This document shows, in pieces, positions 53,555 through 64,000 of a stretch of 64,000 nucleotides of DNA (positions are counted from its first letter, which is position 1; each line of letters starts with the position of its first letter). Where the stretch lies: contig NC_068998.1 in NCBI RefSeq assembly GCF_001194135.2, forward strand, positions 47,697,984 through 47,761,983, read 5' to 3'. The notes under the pieces are model-generated. The model did not search any database and was not told the DNA's origin. It saw only the letters and a list, made by a program, of their open reading frames with translations. Made by a program: the position numbers and the translations under genes. This stretch comes from Octopus bimaculoides (taxonomy: Eukaryota).

Positions 53555-53994
53555 ATGGAAATAATTTACTGATGCAAAACCTGTTTGTTTATACTGAATC
53601 TACATACGTCGTAATTAGTGTGTGTGTGTGTGTGTGATGAGAGGTGGGGGTCTGCGAAGGGCTTCGATTATAGCCTTCGTAGGTTCTCACCAGCCCTTCC
53701 CTGTCAGGGTCATCATCTTTATGGAGAAAAGACTGAAACAAGGAATGGTTCCAGAAGGTGATAAAACTGGGGAAAGAAGGATTGGAGGGGGGGTATTTAG
53801 TGTTAAATGTGGAGGATGAGAGGAGTGAAAGATAGAGAATTGGTAGAGTGGTTAAAGGTTCCTATATTTTGAGTTCAAATCTCATTGTGTCAACTTGGAC
53901 TTCCTTCTTTCCAGTATCAGTTGATATACAGTACCAGTCATATACTGGGGAGATTCTCCTTGAACTGTTTGTATACATATGTTGTATATATATA

Positions 53995-54201
53995 CAGGGT
54001 GTCCACAAAGTCTGGGTACATGGAGTAAATAAAATCATGACATAAACAATTAAATATAAGAAATAATAATTCCTTAAAGTATGTGTTAATCCCCATGTGG
54101 GTACATGGAGTAAATAAAATCAGAACAAATTAAATATAAGAAATAATAATTTCTTAAAGTATGTGGTAATCCCCGTGTACCCAGACTTTGCGGACATCCT
54201 G
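53995..54201. mobile_element. Tc1/mariner-type MITE (same family as 9076-9284, opposite orientation)
   Basis: TA|cagggtgtccacaaagtctgggtac…gtacccagactttgcggacatcctg|TA; same internal duplication. Confidence 0.78.
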
Positions 54202-57200
54202 TATATATATTCAATTAGAAGTTACGTTAGCCTCATGAAGGGTAATTAGGGTTCAATGTCTAATATTTTAGGGTAATTGATTTTCTTAAAATAATAGGTG
54301 TATATATAAAGCCATATAGTTTATATTCATATAAAAGAAAAAAAAAAAAAAAAAAAAAAAGAAAATGGAGACTGAATTTAATAATTGTTTATTATTAACA
54401 ACAAATCAATCATCATCCCTTACAGCTGTTTTAATTAATACTCGGTGAATTAATTAAATATTAAATTCATATGCCCTGAACATAATACCTTCAGTCGGTA
54501 AAAAATATACCCTTGGATGTTTTATATATGTGTGTTTATGGAATCTTTATAGCAGACTGGATGATACTGTTTATGATTTGTATTTTTATGTGTTCAGGCG
54601 AGGGTTTTGCAGGTTGGTTGGCGATAAGATAGAGCAGGTAAATAGAATTAGAGTGGATTTGGTAGACGGAAACTGAAAGAAAGCTGTCATATATATATAT
54701 ATATATATATACATACAGACATGCTAGCAATGCATCCCGGCATTGCCCGGCTGTTATGACCTACAACCATATTGTATTATTTGTTCCTTTCTTATGGGCA
54801 GAATCAGCACAGCTGATATACAGTAAACTGGATTACTGGTGCAATGGAAGTTACTGCTTGTTTAAAAGTGAAGTGGGGGAGGGTACAATTTGAATGGGTT
54901 TGCATGAAAGTGCTTTCTGTTCTTAAGAAGCATCACAAACTATGTATTGGTTCATTGTATAAAAGAGGGTTAATACAATTTTGCCCCAAAATCACGTTTT
55001 CAAAATTTAGTTTCCCCACCGCAATTTCTTAAATTGTAACTTCTTTACGAATTGGTTTTTTTTCTATCCTTGTAGTAAAATACAGAGATTACAAACCTGG
55101 GGAATATTATAATGAAGAGTGTTCTACATTAGTATATTCGTTTTTTTTTTAATATGCAGTATATCTAGGAATACATTATCAAATGTTGCTATTGTAAGAT
55201 AGTGATATGAAGGAAATTTGATTGCCATTTCTAGCATGTGAAATTGCTATGCAGAAACTCCCATATTATGTCACAATGATGCTTGAATAATTTCTTCAAC
55301 TGAATTTTTTAATTTTGAAGACACTGAGGACTTCTGAGCAGAAAAAAAAAAAAAAAAAAAAAAAGGCAGTGAGCTGGCAGAAACGTTAGCACGCTGGGCG
55401 AAATGCTTAGAGGTATTTCATCTGCCGTTATGTTCTGAGTTCAAATTCCGCTGAAGTCGACTTTGCCTTTCATCCTTTCGGGGGTCAATAAATTAAGTAC
55501 CAGTTACACACTGGGGTCAATGTAATCGACTTAATCCCTTTGTCTGTCCTTGTTTGTCCCCTTGTGGGCAATAAAGAAATAAGAAACTCCCTTATTATGT
55601 CTTTGATGTTTGCTTATGTAACAACTGCTGTCCCAGATAAGCAGTGTTGTAATGTGGTCTATGTTTGTATATTTAATAACAGCACTGTCCCAGATATGTA
55701 AGCACCACTACTGAACATATTCAGATGTTGCCACAGCTATCATTAGTACAGATGAAGTGACTATATGTCTCCTGCACCTGTTGCCAAAGCCTATATGGTT
55801 AGTGATATTACTGAATCTATTTAATATTGTGTCTACGTCCTGAGTGGAAGACAAGTGTGAGAGGAGCAGTACGTATCTGGTGAAGGTGACACAAGAGTGC
55901 TAATTGTATTACAAGAGATACCCTGTAGTCAGTTTGGCAGAATGGAGTAACCAGAATTAAGTACCTTGAACAGGGTCACATGATGACACAAAAGATAAAA
56001 CATCTGAATTTCTAATTTCTACACAGTACATTACAGTGCCAACCCTTTAGCATTTAAACCAGCTGGATCTGGTCTCTTGAACCGACCCTACAATGTCGTT
56101 CTAAAAATATTCACATCATTGAAATCTTGAAACTATGAAATTGTAGCGAGACTAATTTCTAGTATTGTATATTGAAATCGCTAGACTTATACTGGCTTAT
56201 CAAGTTAATCTGTAGTGATTGATTAACATACTTGTGTTTAGACATTTGTTGAATCCTGGGTTGTGATTGGTCGAGTGTTGCTTGGAAATTGGATCAAAGG
56301 TCCAATCACTTTGCACGTAATATATTAAAAAAAACTAATCCTCTATGTGTTCTGGAGCTGCCTTTTTTTCCCCAAAAGTTGGTGCGACAAATTATTTATG
56401 AGTCAGAGTTTTTTTTATCAAGGTGGGTTATGCAGTTCTTGCCATTTCTGAGGAAAATTAATATATAACAGAACCCAATGACGACCCAAACTGAATTATC
56501 AAAATGAAAGATGAACCACCACCACAATTTGTGATGCTTCTTGCTTTGATCCACTGTACCACTTTAGAAAGAAATAAAGTCTGACTTATTTTGAAGTTGG
56601 TTTCTTTTGTTACTTCTACAAATGAACATGCAATATATATTATACAATGGTATACATGATTCTTGAGTAAAACCAATGTAAAAAAGATAATTTTAATTAA
56701 AAACAATGCAAATAAGCATTACATTTGACGGAGTAATCTGAATGCTAAAGGATTAAACAAATGGTGACCGTCATCTTCATCATTTAATGTCCATTTTCCA
56801 TGCTGGCACGGGCTGGATGCTTTTACAGGCGCTACACCATGTTGCTATAGTTTGTTCTAGCATGATGGTTATAGTAGAAGACTGAACCCGGAACCATGTA
56901 GCTGCAAAGCAAGCTTCTCACCACACAGCCACACCTGTGTCTCTATAATATATATATATGCAAATATTTTATAAACGATCAACATATGACTAATGAAAAT
57001 AGTCTAATACTGGGACATGAAGCCCGTCGTATATATGTTTGTCCCCCCCAACATCGCTTGAAAACCGATGCTGGTGTGTTTACATCCCCGTAACTTAGCG
57101 GTTCAGCAACACTGACAGAATAAGTACTAACTGTTCTACTCCTTCTGGGGTTGTTTTGTTCAACTAAAGGCAGTGCTCCAGCATGGCCACAGCTAAATGA

Positions 57201-58401
57201 CTGAAACAAGCAAAATATATTGCATTTGTTTCAGATAATTTTGGAAATAAAGAAGAATTTAGCAAAATAACTTTTTGAAGAAGGTTGGTATTAAATGGGT
57301 TAAAAAATATTAGAATGCAAAAAAAAACAAAAAACAACCCATTTCAAGTACAGAACATTTATTATGTATTTGTAGAACCAGTAATATTTCAAGTGATCTA
57401 AATTAAAACTTCATGCTAATTTATATTTTAAACAAGAGTTTAATAATGACAGTTATTTTACGAAGTTAAATGAATGAAAAAAAAAGTATATTCCAAGAGA
57501 AACGTGGTAACAGAATGGTGAAATTATTTTTTGTACATTTCATATAAAGGGACGTAACTCTCCACAGATTTGCAAAAACAAAAAACAAACTTTTGTAGAC
57601 TTCATCCGCTAAATGTTACTAATATCCTTAAATTAGATACAAGTTGTCTCACAATGGAACCAAACTCAGGATCATGTGACTGAGAAGGAAATGTTTATAT
57701 ATACATAAAAATCACATTCTGATCGAATTTTTGCGTCAACATGCACCTCCTTGCGACAATGTAGCCTTTAATCTAATCAAGATATACTTGGCCGGATGAG
57801 TAGCCAGCAATATACACTTCACTTGGATTTCCCATACTCCATTCCGTAACTCTTGCATTCCTCTTCGCACACTCAGCAACCCTGGTTACCTACCGAGGAA
57901 TATTTTTTCAGCTCATCATTGTTCGAAAAATGAAAAGAAACATCTACAACCTTCCGACTCAATAAACCACTATTAAACATCTACAACCTTCTGGCTCAAT
58001 AAACCACTATTGTTCCTGGAAGTTTGGAGCCTGGTGCAGCTCTCTGGCTGGCCAAACAAGGCCAGCATAGAGGACAGACATTAAATGATGATATACACAC
58101 ACACACACTCAGAGAGGGCTTCCTTCAGTTTTCATTTACAAAGTAACAAATAGTGGCGCAGAGGAACATACGCCAATGATTTCACTAATTTGGGAAGAAT
58201 AGCAAAGTTGACGTCAGAAATAACCGGAACCAGTAACAATAAGTACGAAAATAAACACGAAGCCAGAAATTTAGGAGGAAGGAATGGTCGCATTAGAAAA
58301 CCCAGTTGTAGAACCTTAGTCAAGCCTAGAAAGATGAAAGGTGAAATCAACTCCCCTCAGCAGGAATGGAACTCAGAACATAAAAAGACCAAAATGAGAA
58401 G

Positions 58402-58442
<41 letters not shown>

Positions 58443-58492
58443 TTTTTTCTTTTTTGGAAGAAATAATGATTGAATATAATAAAATTTAAACC

Positions 58493-58498
58493 TTTATT
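58493..58498 (-). promoter_or_regulatory. Candidate NOP56 polyadenylation signal (AATAAA)
   Basis: tttatt on the + strand, ~190 nt downstream of the NOP56 stop codon; supported by position only. Confidence 0.4.
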
Positions 58499-58689
58499 TT
58501 TTTTCTTCTCTTTTTTTGTTATCCAATAACCAAAGTATTGGAAATACACATTAAAAAATAACATAATTTAAAATGGTCCGCTACAGATGCTACCAACTAG
58601 CGGCATCCGTCTTTGATAACACAGACATACAAACACACACATACACTCGTGCAAATCAACTCGTTCACTCAGTCATCCTCATCTTTCAC

Positions 58690-59466
58690 TTATGAAGATT
58701 TCTTCTTTTTACTTTTCTTTTTTGACAGAGTTTCTGTATTTTCTGTAAAATCCACATCATCAGTTTTTTTCTTCTCCTTCAACAGAGTCGTTGATTTCCC
58801 ATCTTCCTCTTCAGCATCCAACTTCTTTTTCTTCTTCTTCTTTGATGGAGTCTGCGTATTTACAACTTCCACCTCTGCTTCATCTTCTTCATCGTCATCA
58901 CCAGATTTCTTCTTCTTCTTTTTCAACAAAGGAGTTTCTATATTTACAACCTCTGCTTCCTCTTCCTCTTCAACCTTCTTTTTCTTCTTCTTCGACAAAG
59001 ATGGAACTTCTATATTTACAACCTCTGCTACCTCCTCCTCCTCTTTCTTTTTCTTTTTCTTCTTCTTTGATGGACTTTCTGTATTTACAATTACTACCTC
59101 TTCTTCCTCCTCCTCCTCATCACCAGATTTCTTTTTCTTTTTCTTCTTTTTCTTTGACAAAGATGGAGTCTCCACATCATCACCGCCACCATTAACCGTT
59201 TCCATCTCCTCCACCACACTTTCATCATGCTTCTTTTTCTTCTTCTTCTTGCTCTTCTCTGTCACATCAGCCTCCTCTTCATCATCTGCCAACTTCCTCT
59301 TTTTCTTTGAAGAAATCAACTTATCACCGCTGCCGCCCTCATCATCAGGAACGCCCACCACAGTGTCACCATTGACCATAGCATTGTCCGGCAGTTCTAC
59401 AATCGACAGAGACTTTTTCTTCTTTTTCCTTTCCTTCTTCTGGTGCTTGATATAAAGATTGGCAAC
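58690..59466 (-). CDS. NOP56: NOP56 terminal exon, long K/E/D-rich tail (258 aa plus stop)
   Basis: ttttcag acceptor at 59467-59469, in frame with ORF 58690..59379; lysine-block and acidic tail typical of NOP56/58. Confidence 0.93.
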   Translation of the reverse strand, partial: VANLYIKHQKKERKKKKKSLSIVELPDNAMVNGDTVVGVPDDEGGSGDKLISSKKKRKLADDEEEADVTEKSKKKKKKKHDESVVEEMETVNGGGDDVETPSLSKKKKKKKKKSGDEEEEEEEVVIVNTESPSKKKKKKKKEEEEVAEVVNIEVPSLSKKKKKKVEEEEEAEVVNIETPLLKKKKKKSGDDDEEDEAEVEVVNTQTPSKKKKKKKLDAEEEDGKSTTLLKEKKKTDDVDFTENTETLSKKKSKKKKSS

Positions 59467-59584
59467 CTGAAAATTGAGAAAGAAAAACTAATTAGACTTG
59501 ACAGCAGTAATTAGATATAACTTATTAACAATAAAAAAAAGCAATCAGTGAAATGGATAAGACCAGGTTTAATGTTCTTTAACA

Positions 59585-59888
59585 CGTTGTTGTTGGCACT
59601 CTGTTGTTTACGACGTCGAGGGTTCCAGTTGATCCGATCAACGGAACAGCCTGCTCGTGAAATTGGCTGAGCACTCCACAGATACGTGCACCCTTAACGT
59701 AGTTCTCGGGGATATTCAGCGTGACAAGGCTGACCCTTTGAATTACAAGCATAACAGAAACAGGAAGAGTGAGAGAAAGTTGTGGTGAAAGAGTACAGCA
59801 GGGTTCGCCACCATCCCCTGCAAGGAATCGAAACCGCAATCCTATGACCAAGAGTCTACTGCCCTAACCACTGGGCCATTGCACCTCC
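59585..59888 (-). mobile_element. tRNA-derived SINE (family 'D', head ggaggtgcaatggcccagtggttag…ggtttcgattcc)
   Basis: tRNA-like head; related copies at ~36797-36945, 40800-40880, 43613-43880 and 62215-62430. Confidence 0.7.
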
Positions 59889-60448
59889 ACTCTTTAATAC
59901 CAAATATACAGTAATTAAACATGTAATAATTTGTTCTAATTTTGGCACTAGACTAGCAATTTTTCGAGGGGAAGGGGAAGTTAAATTCCATAGACACCAT
60001 TGTTCCATTGATGTTTATTCCATCAACAGTGGAAAGATTAAAGGCAAAAACAATCCTGGCAGATTTGTATCCAGAACATAAAGCCGATCGAAATGCCGCT
60101 AGGTATATTGTCTGAAATATTAACAATTCTGCCAAATTGCTGCCTTGAGATACAATGTAATAATCAAGCAGTAATTAGGTGTGATGTAACAATTAGACAA
60201 ACTGGCATTAGTAAAGTCATCCAGCCGCAGAAACCACACCAAGCAGACACTGCAGTTTGATGTGGTTGTCTGGCATATCAATACTAGTAGAACCGTCCAA
60301 CCCATACTGACATGGAAAATTGATGTTAAATGGTGATGTTAAAATCTCAGTGAATTACTTCGCAAAAATATGACCATAGAATAGGGGGAAGTTGGAGCAA
60401 CAGGACGCTGTATGATAAGACATGAAAGAATAGGGAAGGATTTTGCAT

Positions 60449-60582
60449 CACTTTTCCTCAGACCCAAAGCGACCACACACTGGCCATCTTTGGTCCCTGG
60501 GGTTGACTAACATATGCCAAGTTGCTGTAGCAGCAGACTCCAGCATTCTGTGCGCAAGGATGGTTTCATCATTGGAAAAGTG
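60449..60582 (-). ncRNA. Intronic box C/D snoRNA, predicted U6 snRNA 2'-O-methylation guide
   Basis: Minus strand reads CACTTTTCC-A-ATGATGA(C, 60572-60566)-AAC-CATCCTTGCGCA(guide, 60562-60551)-CAGA(D', 60550-60547)…CAGGG(60499-60495)…CTGA(D, 60461-60458)-GGAAAAGTG. Perfect 9-bp terminal stem; located in a NOP56 intron in sense orientation. Confidence 0.88.
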
Positions 60583-60749
60583 AGCAAAACCTAAAAGAGC
60601 ACATTATACAGACATCATGTACCAATATATTTAGCCATCAACTTATTGCATCCAAAGGCTCTTTTTTTAAACGCCATATTCACACACTATCATTTATAGC
60701 TTTATCTGCCTGAGTTTCATAATTAAAAATTAATTAAGTAAATACTAAC

Positions 60750-60871
60750 CTCAGCCAGGGCCAGTCTCATGATATCAATGTTCTTCCTTGGCGTGGAACC
60801 TGTTTCATAATACAAAAGCCTGTCTTCTACTTGCTGCCGGAGATGTACACCAATCACAGAATTTGGGAAAT
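60750..60871 (-). CDS. NOP56: NOP56 exon (DFPNSVIGVHLRQQVEDRLLYYETGSTPRKNIDIMRLALAE)
   Basis: ttttccag / GAG|gttagt sites, 122 nt; matches QVEERL.FYETG..PRKN..M. Confidence 0.95.
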
Positions 60872-61807
60872 CTGGAAAATAACAAACATCATATTTTCAA
60901 TACTAACAATGAACATGTACACCAATAACAATAAACAACCATGAACAATAGGAGGATGTACTGTTATAGCCAGTTAATGAAACAAACTGACAGCATAATA
61001 GTATACACAATTAATATAAACCCATGTGAACATACACAACAGGATTTGATAGATGACAAAAGCAGGGGCTGCAGCAGGTTCTCTGGTCTGGTTTACACAA
61101 CTGGATGCCCTTCTTAATGCCAACCACAGAAACCATACATAATAAGGGTGTTTAGCAGTTGACTCTTTTAATTTAAGTAAAGGAATTCACAAAGGTATGA
61201 GTGAATAGGCACAGATTCTGTAAAAACAATAGATGAAAATCACATCACCACAGATGATCAGACAAATTTATTGCTGCAACCCATTAGCACTTACACTGGC
61301 TATTATGTGGCCCAAATTGGCCAGATCCAGCATCTCATACCTACCCAACAATGCTCTTCTAAAAACAACCACATCAAAATGTTGAAGTTATATAACATAA
61401 TACGTGATTAATTCAAAACAATGTTAGGAAGGTCATTCAGCCGTAAAAACTGCCAAAAACAGACACAGAAGTCTGGTGCAATCTTCTACCTGGCCAGTTC
61501 CTGTCGAACTGTCCAACCCATACCAGCATGGAAGACTTATGTTTGACTGAGGAATCCGAATTCTAAAAGGCTAAACCAACAGAAAAATTGCCAAAGCCAG
61601 CATCATCTCTGGTAGACTTCTTAAGACTCTTTGGGCAAAGAAGGGTCTTAGCCCTGAAACCCCGTTGAAGGTCTACAGAATTTCTTTATCATTTACTAAT
61701 TAGTTGTATGCTCTAGAAAGACCCAAAAACAAGTCAACCCCCGACGCCATCTTACTACACAGCCCTATCATTTACACTTCTAGCAATGCACCACCACCAC
61801 TACTCAC

Positions 61808-61956
61808 CTGCAAAACAATCAACCCTGGTGGCCAGAGAACATTTGTTGGCCAAAAACCGAGATATCCTGCCCTTGTTTTGGGCGCCAGCTCGCCCAATGA
61901 ATGTGGAGTGAAATATTAGACCATATTTCGGTGTGTTCCCTCGCATCTTCAAGGCT
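61808..61956 (-). CDS. NOP56: NOP56 exon ([49 protein letters not shown])
   Basis: tttttag / G|gtgagt sites, 149 nt; NOP56-specific [18 protein letters not shown] and NKGRISR.LANKCS. Confidence 0.97.
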
Positions 61957-62867
61957 CTAAAAATAGAAAATACATAGAAAGTTCAACCAAAGGAGTCATA
62001 GCAGAGCAAATGTTGTGTCTTTCTTTTACAGAAATTCTACATTTTCAAAACTGTTGCACAATATGGCACTGGATGGGGGAAGGGGGTATTGCTATGATAA
62101 TTGCCTTCACATCTCCTTGGGTGGCTCCCTGCTCAAACATACAACAGCAAGTGGAATTCACAGCTGACTGATATACACAAATGCGTAAACAACAAATGGA
62201 TGTATTAGGTTAACTGGCACTCTGTTGATTACAAGGGTTCCAGTTCATTTGATCAACGGAACAGCCTGCTCATGAAATGAACATGCATGTGGCTGAGTGC
62301 TCCACACAAACACGTGTACCCTCCAGCATGACACAGAATGTGATGAGGTTGACCCTTTGAAATACAGGTAAAACTCGTTTTTGCCAGCTGAGTGAAGTGG
62401 AGCAATGTGAGAGGAAGTATCTTGCTCAAGGACACAATGTGCCATTGGTAATCGAGTATACGTATGTTACTTAAAGTTTTACAGGAGGTGACAGTGACTT
62501 CGAAGTTCCTGCTTGCTAGCCTTCAACAGACTGTCAGGAATACACCCACACACAATGGGCTTCTTTCAGTTTCCATGTACCTAATCATCGACAAGGCTTC
62601 GATCAACCTGAGGCCATAGTAGAAAAAAACTGTTTCAAAGTGCCACATAGCAGGATTGAACCAGAAACCAGGCAACTGAGAGGCAAACTCCTTACCACAC
62701 AGCCATGTCCATGCAAATAGAAAGCGAAGATCTCAGGTTCACAACACTTGGAAAAACTTAAAAAAGCCCCAACAGTCCAGACTAAATATAAAAAGCTCCA
62801 AACAGAATGAACAAATTATTCCACACAACAGCACCAACTCTGTGACTGGTCATTGTATATGTCTTAC

Positions 62868-62968
62868 CTGAAGAGTGCCTTCTCAGCTCCAAGAATCTGT
62901 AAAGTTGAAGCCGGACATTTGGCAAGATTTGTCAAACTTCCAGCATGAGAAATAAGTCGAGCACCAAC
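62868..62968 (-). CDS. NOP56: NOP56 exon ([34 protein letters not shown]), Nop domain
   Basis: cag / AG|gtaaga sites, 101 nt; near-identical to the conserved Nop-domain motif. Confidence 0.97.
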
Positions 62969-63695
62969 CTGTCCGAAAGAAACCATTCGAAAATCAAACA
63001 TTTTTATTCACAGACAAAATTAAGAACACAGCAAATGGTAGGCACCAACTCTTGTTTGGTATACTGCCTGCCTGCCAATGCGAAACGTTGATAAAGTAGG
63101 GACCTTATTAAATACCCACCACCCATTCTGAGCCAACTTGGTTTAACCAAAGCCATTTCTTTAAACCCCGCATCACCAATTCAGACCTTTCTTTTAAATA
63201 GAAAACCTATCTATTCATACAGTTTTGAATTAACCATGCATTATCTCGTAGTTTTCAATCTTTTGATAATGCGATTGTGTTCATTTCAGAATGACATTGT
63301 AGGCAAAGTGTGAGAGACTGGATCTGGCTGGTTTAAATATTAAAGGGCTTATGTGACACCAAGTTTGGCATCAGGAAGGGCATCCACGCCAAATCAGATT
63401 GGAACCTGATGCAGCTCTTCAGTTTATCAGTCCCAGCCAAAGCTTACCCAAGTGTCACATGGCAGGACTGAACCCGAAACCATATGGTTGGGAAGCAAAC
63501 CCGTTTTTAGTAACACAGCCATGCCTTTGCCTATATTCTTTTATAAAAGATCTATAATAAGACTTAACTGTCAAAGCCCACCCACATTCTGTATATGCCA
63601 TTTACTATGCACCGACACATCATATTTGACAGACATTACAGAAACCCCATTCCTGTGATAATTTTGATGAAGAGAGAAAGATTGAAATAGTTTAC

Positions 63696-63847
63696 CGTTT
63701 CTCCGATTAATGCTGTGAGATTTGGTGCAACTTGAGACATTTTCTTTTGCAGATAATCCACAAGATTAGCTCGATAGTCAATGAGGTCGACCACACGTCT
63801 AGCAAACATCTCAATATTTAGTAAGTCTATCAGTGATATATCCATAC
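63696..63847 (-). CDS. NOP56: NOP56 internal exon ([13 protein letters not shown]…[11 protein letters not shown]); upstream exons are outside the window
   Basis: tttcag / ACG|gtaaac sites. GMDIS..D..NI and KMSQVAP.L.ALIGE match NOP56 rather than NOP58 (GTE.SEED, RM.AIAPN). Confidence 0.95.
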
Positions 63848-64000
63848 CTGAAATAGAGATTAGATTCAAATATTAAATATAAATAGGCAATGGCATAACT
63901 GGGGTTGATTTGTTTGATTAAAAACCCTCCAGGGCAGTGCTCCGGCATGGACGCAGCCAAATGACTGAAACAAATAAAAGAATAGCAGCAAGCACAGATA

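Noticed and set aside
57865-57926. C/D-like motif pair (ATGATGA…CTGA with an imperfect stem) on the minus strand
   Set aside because: Only ~36 nt between the boxes, downstream of the NOP56 poly(A) signal rather than intronic, no recognisable target, and it sits in probable retroelement debris.
58613-59455. 280-aa plus-strand F/S-rich ORF
   Set aside because: Antisense shadow of the K/E-rich NOP56 terminal exon.
61545-61680. Long hairpin followed by AGATGA (H-box-like) and a later ACA in a NOP56 intron
   Set aside because: The internal loop is one-sided (16 vs 1 nt), unlike a pseudouridylation pocket, and the ACA end overlaps SINE-derived sequence.
63696-63847. Calling this gene NOP58
   Set aside because: Diagnostic residues ([40 protein letters not shown]) match NOP56.

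Overview
AT-rich eukaryotic DNA, dense in microsatellites and SINEs and broken by many N-gaps. The repeat landscape strongly suggests an Octopus (cephalopod) draft scaffold; this is inference. Three protein genes are supported, all on the minus strand. (1) ACTMAP/C19orf54 actin maturation protease, a six-coding-exon model, complement(1588..1925,2600..2670,3038..3155,5859..5980,6550..6639,7840..8063), 320 aa. (2) An intronless two-pore channel 2 (TPCN2), 49125..51680, 851 aa. (3) The last five exons of NOP56 (58690..63847); its 5' exons lie outside the window. The best hidden feature is a box C/D snoRNA in the last NOP56 intron (60449..60582, minus). It has a perfect 9-bp terminal stem, a 12-nt antisense element to the U6 snRNA internal stem-loop placed directly against a D' box (predicted target C68, human numbering) and a CAGGG motif like the LARP7-binding motif. 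The ~40 kb between ACTMAP and TPCN2 is mostly tRNA-derived SINEs, LINE remnants (RTE, L1/Tx1-like, RLE-type, Penelope-like with a fossil hammerhead ribozyme), DNA-transposon MITEs (Tc1/mariner, piggyBac, hAT, Helentron-like), long inverted repeats and simple repeats. Almost all other ORFs in the track are microsatellite or N-gap artefacts. All family and orthology calls come from remembered motifs, not database searches.
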